Of a DNA stretch of 64,000 nt, positions 1 through 9,486 are shown in pieces. Origin of the DNA: Utricularia gibba (taxonomy: Eukaryota > Plantae > Magnoliophyta). The stretch spans positions 744,001-808,000 of the forward strand of contig CM007990.1 in NCBI GenBank assembly GCA_002189035.1, given 5' to 3'. Both the position numbers and the translations under genes were made by a program. Below the pieces are notes generated by a model. It did no database searches. It was not told the DNA's origin and saw nothing but the letters and a program-made list of their open reading frames with translations. How positions within the stretch are numbered: the stretch's first letter is position 1; each line of letters begins with the position of its first letter.

Positions 1-1108
1 CAAGATAAGAAAGCAGGCTTTCAACACCGCCTTCCATGATAACCGATCTCCTGAGAGTGTCATTGCTTGAAGTGAGATTATGGAGACATTCAGCTGCGTA
101 TTCCTTTGATCCCATCAGAACTCCATGGGAAAGAAGATGAATCATTGCTTGTATAATCCCTTCATCTGCAAGGGCTTGACGTGTTTCAGCCACTGCTGAC
201 AAATTCTTCAAAGCACAGGCAGCTGCAAGCTGCAGAACCGGCTCATTGTTCCAGCAGATGTCGATCAGCGGCCTTACGCCGCCGTGTTCGACAATCGAAC
301 GAGACGTATCTGGCGAAATGGACAGTCTTTGGAGGACAATGACGGCCTTCTCCTTGCCTACAGCACTCCCAGATTCAGCAAGCCGGATGAGTGGCGGCAG
401 AACACCCTCTGAAACAAGCCAACCCGTACAACTTCCAGAATCCACAAGCGAGCAGATGATTGTGATGGCTTTCTCTCGGATTCTGGGACTGGTGGTGAGA
501 AGCTGCACCAAAGCTCCAATATTGCTCCTTCCTATGGCAGCCAACACATTCTTTTCATCCTCTTTCATGGCCTCCACCAAGTTATCTAGTGCTCTGTGCT
601 TCGATTCGAGATGACCGATTTGCAGACGAGCAAGCATTTCACGTATAATCGCATTAGCAACTGATGCCTCTGGCTCTGCTGAAGCACTTGATGGAATTGA
701 AAGCTCCCCAAGAACTCCAGTCTTGATCAGAAGCCCACAATCTCGTAGATTCAAGTCAAGCTTCCCTGTGAGAGCATGAAGATCACTTAGCATGCGAAGT
801 TTCCCTTCATACTTCTGCTCCATACAGAGGATGGCTAACTCAATGGACTCATTCAGCGTGCGGCAAACAGCCTGCAGCTGCTCCTTACAGAGTGGATTCT
901 TGGAAAAGCAAGGATGGGTAACCAGGTTTGATAATGTCAGAGGAATTTGCTCTATCTTTGAGATGATCATCTTCCATCTCACAAGGTACTCTTTTACCTC
1001 TCTAGCTTTGTCCAGTGCCTTGGGCACGAGTTCTTGTGCACAGGAAAGCCATTCCTCTGTGGATAATCCGTTGTTTACAGTAGAAGATTCTTCTCCATCA
1101 GGAGCCAT
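1..1108 (-). CDS. Armadillo (ARM)-repeat protein, At2g45720-like; 3' part runs off the left window edge
   Basis: Manual translation from ATG at 1108: MAPDGEESSTVNNGLSTEEWLSCAQELVPKALDKAREVKEYLVRWKMIISKIEQIP...HPCFSKNPLCKEQLQAV...LRDCGLLIKTGVLGE...MLARLQIGHLESKHRALD, then ARM repeats (IVEHGGVRPLIDIC, AAACALKNLS, KEYAAECLHNLT). No stop seen before base 1, which explains its absence from the ORF track. A polypyrimidine acceptor near 1133 implies a 5'UTR intron. Confidence 0.9.
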   Translation of the reverse strand, partial: MAPDGEESSTVNNGLSTEEWLSCAQELVPKALDKAREVKEYLVRWKMIISKIEQIPLTLSNLVTHPCFSKNPLCKEQLQAVCRTLNESIELAILCMEQKYEGKLRMLSDLHALTGKLDLNLRDCGLLIKTGVLGELSIPSSASAEPEASVANAIIREMLARLQIGHLESKHRALDNLVEAMKEDEKNVLAAIGRSNIGALVQLLTTSPRIREKAITIICSLVDSGSCTGWLVSEGVLPPLIRLAESGSAVGKEKAVIVLQRLSISPDTSRSIVEHGGVRPLIDICWNNEPVLQLAAACALKNLSAVAETRQALADEGIIQAMIHLLSHGVLMGSKEYAAECLHNLTSSNDTLRRSVIMEGGVESLLSYL

Positions 1109-2772
1109 ATTTTACAGTCAAGCTAGCACCAAACCTGAGAAGAATAGAAGTAAAAAAAAAAAAAAGTAAGAGAGCAAACACAAGGCTATAACAACTTTTC
1201 ACATTTTTCAAAAATGCAAGACAAAAAAAAATCACTCCTTTTGGAGAGAAACAAGGATGATTTCAAAAACTAAACCTTCTTTCTGATAGCTTTCCAGAAA
1301 GCAAAAGAAAGTAAGAGAGAGACTTTAAAATGCATCCAATTGGAGTGGCTACAACGTCCAAGAACATACAAACAAATCAGCATTAACAACAAAGCAGTAA
1401 ACAAATAAAGTAAGAAGTAGTTGGAATAAGGAGGTTGAGCATCATGACGCAAAAGTGTCTACTGGGAAAGACCTTTTCAATCAGCCTATAATCATTCATC
1501 CAAATGGGACCTTCTGCGTAAACAAAGAGGTTGGCTGTAGTTATCATCTTGTAGCTGATGCTCCTGGAGAAAAATAGAATTTTTTCTTCTTCTTCTTCGG
1601 AATGTAGCCGCAGAGACAGACGCCAACTAATTATGACGTATAGAAGTTGGAAATTTATTGCTCATAAATAACACAAGATCGTGGACCCTGGTAGTTGACA
1701 GTAGAAAGGAATTCCCTTTCAGGACAAGCTAAGGAGAGTGTCAGTCTCAACATCATTGTGACCAAATGTTGATGAACTTTCAGACATGGGAAATCAAGGG
1801 AATTAGTGCAAACAACAAGAGAAGTTTTCAAACGAGAAAAAAAATTCAATGGGCAACAGGATTGTGGGTTCCATGGTGCAGTAAACCTCTGAAACTGTTA
1901 TGATCCCTTGACCCAGTGCTCAAGGCACTCGATAGATACCAACTCTACGGAAAGAAAACAAAAACAGAAGCAAGCTTTAAGCTTTTCAGCAAGAGGAACG
2001 CTGTGATTCTATTATCACTGGTTCGGACCAAGAAACATGAGAGGGGTGGTGTCACTAAAGAAAATCAAAACGTTGAATATAACATAGACCAGGTAAACTT
2101 CGAAAGCGGAAGCAAACAGGCAACAGTAAGCAGATTAAACCCACCTAGTAACGTTTCAAATTCCGTATTTGAAACATCAGACTGAAATGGCGAAAAGCTT
2201 TAATGCAAACAACAAGAAATTCATAATCGGAATCCGTAGACCTTCTGCGCGCTCTCTGTTTCCCGCAGCTTTCAGAAGCATCTGCAAACCAACCTCTGTA
2301 AAGGAATACGTAGCGAATGGCATACCGTAGAACGAACTTTCTCCGTACTCCAAGGATGGTAAAGCCATTGAGCCAATAAGAAGGTGGGGTTCGGACAAGG
2401 TGCATTAAATGCTGAGAAAACGGAGTTTCCCATCCGACGGCGAGGATGAGTGGGATCCTACCGACTTCCCCTTTGAAATGAATGGGCATTTCAAAATGAG
2501 GAGGCTTCGAGTTCGGTGATACCGAGGAGATGCTGACGTATCGAGCCGGAGCACGGGCCACCTCCGTCGGCGAGGGCCAATGTTTGACGGCGACGCCGAC
2601 TGAGGCGCCACAACACAACCCCATAATTACATATTTTGTTCTGTCGTTTGTTTTGCGTTTGTTTCCTTCTTACAAATTGCTGTGGATTGAATTGAATTAA
2701 AATAAATATTTTTATGTGAAATTCGAAATTTTAAAAAATATTTTATACAAAAGAAATATTCTTTTGCCCAAT

Positions 2773-2780
2773 AAACCCTA
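2773..2780 (+). promoter_or_regulatory. Telo-box (AAACCCTA) in the divergent ARM/SAM50 promoter
   Basis: ataAACCCTAaaa just upstream of the SAM50 5'UTR exon; this motif is typical of plant housekeeping promoters. Confidence 0.45.
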
Positions 2781-3193
2781 AAATTGAGGTTTTGTTCATT
2801 GTTCCTCGCTTCAGACGAGGTCTAGAACGCCAAACTTCCTCATCTGCGGAAGACCCCAGGTAATGCTTGACGATTTTTTTTGTTATCTGACGTACTGATT
2901 ACCATTTAGATAGTTGGTTGCTGTTTGTTGTTCGATGCTTTCGTTTTCCCTTGCAAAAGATAAGTTACATTTCGGAGAGGCAGGGATGGGATTTGGGGTT
3001 GTGATTAAGGATTTGAGTAACCAGGAAAAAGGCTTTCTTGTTGGGAAAAATGAAATGTGTTTGGAATGAATTGTGCATGGCGATACTGGGTACAGTTCGA
3101 TTTTGTGTCCTTAAAAGTATATGTTTGATCAGCGATGTGTTTTATTTTTATGAGTTCGTGATCTTATAGGCGTGGAGTGTTAACTATCTTCCA

Positions 3194-5446
3194 ATGGAAG
3201 CCCCGGCACAATCTTTTCCGGAACCTGAAGAATCCAGCTCAAATGGCAACACAGGTGAAAATGAAGAGATTGGCCAAGATGAAGATGATGAATTTGAGAA
3301 CGGAGGAGAGGAATCCACTAGCTCGGATGCTGAAGCCGCCCTTGGAACGGATCGGGAAGTGTTGGGGTCTTTATTCAGTCGCATCTCCACGGAACGGATC
3401 CCTGTGCGAGTCCATGATATAATCATCAAGGGCAACGACAAGACGAAGAGCTCTTTGATTGAGTCCCTGGTGGACGAGATTTTGAGGAATGCTACAACCG
3501 TCCAGAAATTGGTCATTGCTGCTCGTTATGCTACCATGCGACTGCAAAACCTGGATATCTTTGATTCAGTGAGTATCACGCTGGACGCTGGGCCACGGGA
3601 GCTTCCCGAAACTGCAAATGTTGTCATTGTGGTTTCTGAGAAGGACCCACTTTCGGGAGATTTCGGGATTTACACCAAACCTGAGGTTAAAATCTTTATT
3701 AATGCTTTATTTTTAATAAAAAATCGTTCTTGATGTATGCCTTTTTGGTGTATTGACTATTTAATGCGGTTACTTGCTTCATTTTGGAGTTCTGGATACG
3801 GTTTAATGATAAAGACAGCATGTGCTTGATGGAGGCTTTTCATTTATAAGAAAAACAGTTGAGGTCTCATCCTTGAAAGACCCTGAAGAAAAACCCAACC
3901 ATGCACTTCTTAGTTTTTTATTTTAATGAAACTGAAGGAAATGAGCCTCTGAAATGTGTAGTTCCTTTAGGTACTCCATGTGATGATTTTGAAGGGATGA
4001 ATGATTGTATCATGTAATTATTATTTAACGTACTTCTGCTTATCACAGTTGCATACAGTTGTTTGACACTCCAAGAGATTTTATAGGTTAAATCTTGGAC
4101 TTTAGAAGGCGCGCTGAAGGGGAAGAATTTGTTTGGCTATGGGGATATTTGGGATGCTTTGGTGGGTTATGGATGGGGTCAAACCTTAGAACTTAGCGCA
4201 GGTGTTTCTGTACCCAGATTTAAATCCATTTCTTATCCCCTGTCGGCCAGGATTTCCTCGCTTTCCCAAGATTGGTTGAAGTTATCATCATATAAAGAGC
4301 AAGTGCTAGGATTATCACTTGGATTATTTTCCGCTGGGAACCATGATGTGTCATATAATCTGAACTGGCGCTCATTGACTGATCCATCACAAATGGCTTC
4401 CCATGGAGTTAGAAGGCAGCTTGGCCATAGGTTATCATCAGGTTTGAAGTATGAATTCAAAATTGACCAGAGAGATTCTTCAGTGCGACCAACCAGAGGA
4501 TTTGCTTTTGCTTCAAGTACACATATTTGTGGTCTGTACCCTGATTTTAGGAGCCTGCGCTTTATTCGCCAGGTATGTAATTTGGTTGCTGTTTTCTTTC
4601 ATTCAGTTGGTCATGTAGTGATAGTTTTGTCATTTATAGAATCACCTTATAGATTCATTTAGCCATGAGATAATGGTCATGTACCAATTTCAGCATGCTT
4701 GTTTCACTTCATCAATAATGTCCGTACAGTAATAAATGGTTGGTTTCCTTCTGTTGTTCTCTCTATCCAGGAGGCTGATCTTCGTTATGCCATACCTTTG
4801 GGACTCTACCGAGCTTCCCTGAATCTCGGCATTTCAGCCGGTTTTCTATTCCCATGGGGATATGGATCTTTTAACCAATCCTCATATATACCTGAGAGGT
4901 TCTTCATGGATGGCAATGCATCTCCAGTTTGCTCCTTGAGAGGGCCAACATCAGTATTCGGATTCAAGCCTAGGGGACTGGGCCCTGTAGAGCCTAGAAG
5001 AGTTTCCAGAGACGATTCCCATGATGGAAACTCTGACACCTCTGCTGTGGATCACATCGGCGGTGATCTAGCTCTAACATGCTTTGCTGATCTATCATTT
5101 GACCTCCCACTGAAAGCCCTCAGAAACGCTGGCATTCATGGGCACATATTTGCCTGCGCTGGGAACCTTAGCAAGCTAACTGATAAGGCGTACAAAAAGT
5201 TGTCTTTCCAGAAATTTCGCGACACATTCCGAACCTCTGTTGGGGTCGGCCTCATTGTCCCTACCAGGCTGTTCCGGATGGAGGTATGAATCAATGTATC
5301 AGTTTGTTTATGCACCCCTGATTCTGAAACTGATGATGCTGACTGGTGAGCTTGAATTTCAGGCCAACTACTGCTACATTGTAAGGCAACAGGAGCATGA
5401 CTGCGGGAAAACTGGGATACAGTTTAGCTTCTCTTCTCATGCCTGA
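3194..5446 (+). CDS. SAM50: SAM50/Omp85-family outer-membrane beta-barrel assembly protein
   Basis: Exons 3194-3685, 4087-4572, 4771-5283 and 5363-5446, all GT-AG and in phase. POTRA-like VRVHDIIIKGNDKTKSSLIE; KNLFGYGDIWD; GIHGHIFACAGNL; RTSVGVGLIVPTRLFRMEANYCY; C-terminal GIQFSFS. 5'UTR intron at about 2860-3168. Confidence 0.93.
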
Positions 5447-5684
5447 TTCATTCATTCAAGGGATGTTGGCTGCAGGCATTTTGAGCTTGTTCAATAGTTT
5501 ACTCCATGGCCAGGATGAGATAGGCGACAGTCCTTTCATCAACACCATGGAGTGATGTCCTTCCTGAAATTTTCAAAAAAAAAAAAAACAATAAAGATAC
5601 AATTTTTTAAGAAAAATGGTACATTGATAATTAGTTGTGTTGTGGGAAGGAATCTTATCTTGTTTGCTTAGAAGAGAGGGACAG

Positions 5685-7398
5685 ATGGTGGCGAGGGAGC
5701 TGGGACTAATTTCCTTCTCGTCCGCCGTCAGCTCGCCATGCCCGTCGCGCCGTCTTCGCTTTCCCATCGTCAAATCCTTCTCTGATACTAGTAAGTGACA
5801 CGAATTCGCTCCGGCGCAGAAGCGGAGGTTTCCTGTCTGAAATTGGGATTTTGTAGGAGGGTTTCTGAATACATTGTTGAATATTTCTATAGTGGCATCA
5901 ATGTCTCAGGATCCGGTTAGCGATTGGATCCTGTCGGAAGGAAAAGCCACTCAAATAACTGGTATTCACCCAGTTGGGGGTGGCTGCATCAATCGTGCCA
6001 GTCGCTATGACACGGATGCTGGCCCCTTCTTTGTAAAAACAAACAGGTAAAGGCATGCTTTGGCAGTAAGCTTCTCAGTTCAGCTCGTAGAGTGTCTTTT
6101 TCACTTGCTGAATGATTTACAGGAGCATTGGACCGGAAATGTTTGAGGGGAGGCTCTGGGTCTCAATGCCATGTACGAAACTCAATCCATTCGCGTACCT
6201 AAGCCATTTAAGGTGGGCAGATGCATTTTGCTTTCTTTTCAGCATTGTAGCCTCCCACTTGTGTTCTTCACCAGTGCAACTTAAGAAGCCTGCGTTCAGG
6301 TAGGCCCATTGCCGAGTGGTGGTTCGTACATCATAATGGAGTTCATTGAATTTGGTGCTGCACGGGGTAATCAAGTGAGGACATCATCCAAGTTCTTAGC
6401 ACCTTCTTGTTTGATATTTGAAGTTCATCATCCTTGTTGGGTGTATCTTGACACTGTCCCAGCACTTAGTCTGCACTAGGAAGGAAACTTGCTGAGATGC
6501 ATAAAGCTGGAAAGTCAGACAAGGGATATGGATTTGATGTTGATAATACCATTGGAAGGTACTCCTCTCCCTTGCTTTATGAGATCATCTCCTGTTGGTT
6601 ACCCCTTTCACCAGGAGTCATCATCACATGCTCGCCCTTTCTTCAGCACACCACAGATCAACACATGGACACAAGACTGGATTGAATTCTATGGGGTGCA
6701 TAGGTTGGGCTACCAATTGCAATTGGTGCAGAAACAATATGGAGATTCCTTGCTATATGAAAAAGGTCAGCCGGCTAGTTTAGTTCTTATGTTCACCGTA
6801 TCAGCATGAAGAATACCATTTCTGTGCACGATCAGGGCAAAGACTGGTGAAGAACATGGCACCCCTTTTTGAAGGCGCAGTGATTGAGCCTTGCTTGCTG
6901 CACGGTGACCTGTGGAGTGGCAACATTAGTTCAGACAAGAGCGGGGAACCCGTCATACTCGACCCCGCCTGCTACTGTAAGCCTTTCCCCTGCAAATATC
7001 ACCCCTCCCAGTCTGTAATGATGCAGAAACGCAGGTGCTGGTTCTAGAAATACTTACCACCTGTCTCTGATTTCTTGTTGTAGACGGTCACAATGAGGCC
7101 GAGTTCGGAATGTCGTGGTGCGCCGGATTCGGGGGATCGTTCTACAATGCATACTTCGAGGTAACCGCACCCTCTCCCCTTCTGTTGGTGCAAGAACTGG
7201 TGTTGCTAGGGCTCCAAGTCTCTAAGATTGCTCAAACTCCATGGCCATCAGGTGATGCCTAAACAGAAGGGTTTCGATGGAAGAAGGGATCTTTACCTGC
7301 TGTATCATTACCTGAATCACTACAATCTGTTCGGCTCCGGTTACCGGTCGTCGGCGTTAGAGATAATCAACGGTTATCTCCTGCAACTGAAAGCGTGA
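5685..7398 (+). CDS. FN3K: Fructosamine kinase family / protein-ribulosamine 3-kinase, chloroplastic (one apparent frameshift at 6147-6150)
   Basis: Exon 1 (5685-5790) encodes a Ser/Arg-rich transit-like peptide [35 protein letters not shown]. Exon 2 gives [49 protein letters not shown]. Later exons give [59 protein letters not shown]; stop at 7398. Confidence 0.92.
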
Positions 7399-7676
7399 AA
7401 ACACGCAGCAGACGACGACTGCATTTCCTCTTGCTCTTCCTTTATATACTTCCTCCTGGGCCTGTGGGCTCATTGTAATTTTGGGCCGGGCTTTAAATGG
7501 ACATTGGACAATGCAATTCCCAACCTACATTTTACATTTGAGAACACAATTATGTTTTTACCCTTCAACGGTGTATTTGTATCCATCATCTCCAGGTTGG
7601 CGCTTCATTCCACCCCGAGCGCCACTCATTCCCGCCCAGCCTGCAAATTTCCTCTCCTTTCTTGGAGTCTACGCCA

Positions 7677-8250
7677 ATGGCGAAGGAGCGGAAGGATCCC
7701 AAGAGGAAACCCACCAAGTTCCTCATCGTGATCAAGGTTTTCGGGAGTTCTTGGCCGATCAGATTCATAGTCAATGGGGATGATTCCGTCAACGACGTGA
7801 TCAAGAAGACCCTGAAGCACTACGCCCGCCAGGGCCGGCTTCCAGTCCTGGGTTCCCATTCAGACGAGTTCTACCTCTGTGCTGCGGATTCCCCTTATGG
7901 TAAGCTTTCCATTTCCTGATGTCGGTGCATGGAGTAATATCACTGTGTATCGGTTTTTCTTCTTTTCCCGGTGCAAATGGTTTCAAAACATATCATTTGC
8001 GGGGAAGAAGATCGTGATCATCCGCGTGATAGCATACCCGGATTTGACAATCTGCACGGTTCTTATTTGTCTTTTATGTTCCATGGCGGTAGGACTGAGC
8101 CCCGAGGAGGAGATCGGGGGCAGTGGATCACGGATTTTCGCTCTACACAAGAAGCACCGCGTGGCGGAAGCCATGAATGACTATGCGAAGAAGAACAAAT
8201 GGCGTTCATGGCTCAGCTGTTCTCCTGCTTTCCAGATTCCTTCTCATTGA
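7677..8250 (+). CDS. Plant-specific protein of the At1g70780/At1g23150 family
   Basis: Exons 7677-7899 and 8093-8250: MAKERKDPKRKPTKFLIVIKVFGSSWPIRFIVNGDDSVNDVIKKTLKHYARQGRLPVLGSHSDEFYLC...GLSPEEEIGGSGSRIFALHKK...WRSWLSCSPAFQIPSH. This matches the family pattern (V..LGS.GPIRF, Y.REGRLP.LG, IG..G.RNF.L.K, terminal SH). Confidence 0.85.
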
Positions 8251-8694
8251 GCACTTATCGCTCCACAACGTTGGATTTGGCAGTTTCGAATCCATACATA
8301 CGAGGAATCAAAGTCTTGCGTAGTTTATAATTAACGAGATTTTTCTCTAGGTTTTTCTTTTTCTGATAGCGGTTACACGCCACACAAAGATCGAAATATC
8401 GGCTGTTTCCCACCGGAAATTGAGCCGCCGTCTGTACTCCGACCGATCAGAGTTATGATCATTGTAAATTGAATAAGATGTAATCCTCATCTTGTGTTCG
8501 ACACAGGGAAATGCAGAAGCTACGGAAAACGCCATGTTCCACAAGATTAGACAGCACTAAGCTCTGAAAATGTTCCCTAACTGAACACACGTTACTACTA
8601 CACAATGTGAATGACATGCAGCTGGAAGCGGCGGAGTATCCCGAGGCATCCACCGGAGCCGGCGACGGCTCCGCGCATCGGACTTGGATCCCGT

Positions 8695-8810
8695 TTTGGG
8701 CCTGTTAAGCACAAGGCTTCAGGCTTAGTCGTCTTGTTGGGCTTATATGTGTTTTTGGGCTGATTAGACCATTTACTTCTGCTAAACCCCAGGCCTAATG
8801 GGCTCGTTCT
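8695..8810 (-). promoter_or_regulatory. Cluster of site II elements (TGGGCC/TGGGCT), housekeeping-type promoter
   Basis: tgggcc, tgggct (x3) and aggcct within about 110 bp, next to a GC-rich segment at 8620-8690. Confidence 0.5.
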
Positions 8811-9353
8811 GATCCAATTTGATTGACTAAGCATGTCTAAATCAATATTCCAAAGAAATGTCCAATGTTTAAAAAACAATGAAATATTCATCTCGATAAT
8901 TATTGGATAAGGTACAATAATATATTCAATAATTTAAATAGCTACCAATAGGCAATTTTTATATTCAATATTTTCACCAATTTGTATAAAATAAATATTA
9001 TTTACTCTTCGTACTCATAATTAAATATTTTTATTTTTTTATCGCGTCAAAGATCTTGGTAAATTTCCGATCTAAATTTTGGCAAAATAGTAGAAAGAAG
9101 ACGTCGGAACAATAACTACGTTTAGAAAAATCACTCCATAATTAATTTAATAAAATTGAAAAATTTTGATAGATATATGTTTATAACTTCTGGGCTTTTA
9201 GAAATCTAGCCATCTTCCTCCCCTTTCCAACCAAAAATCTTTAAAATTACATGTACTCCGCCCTAAAAACTCGATAGCTGAGTCGGGTTGAGCCACGCAA
9301 TGTGAGAGAAAAGGGACAAGCGGAATCCAATGCAACGTGGGGAAGAAAGGTGC

Positions 9354-9486
9354 GTGTGTCGTACATGTACTCCTCGCCGAGATGAAGAAGAAGATGGAGG
9401 AGAAGAAAGAGGCGGAGGCGGTCTCTGCTTTCAACAGCCCAGTGAGGTTTCCCTTTCAAAGCGTCGGTGTGTGTCGTACATGTACT
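9354..9486. repeat. Perfect 18-bp direct repeat GTGTGTCGTACATGTACT (9354-9371 and 9469-9486), each copy containing the palindrome GTACATGTAC
   Basis: Read directly from the sequence. Confidence 0.9.

Noticed and set aside
246-1169. Plus-strand ORFs 246-614 and 792-1169
   Set aside because: Antisense shadows of the ARM-repeat CDS; the same applies to most short ORFs overlapping BEACH, BIG, AHL, GAE and the PMEs.
8488-8525. ACAGGGAAATGCAGAAGCT resembling a miR408 arm, near a GTAC-rich region
   Set aside because: Only about 70% similar to miR408 with gaps, and I found no complementary arm to form a precursor hairpin.
8780-8792. CTAAACCCC as a possible telomerase RNA template
   Set aside because: It is not the full CTAAACCCT template, and no Pol III USE (TCCCACATCG) plus TATA promoter is visible.
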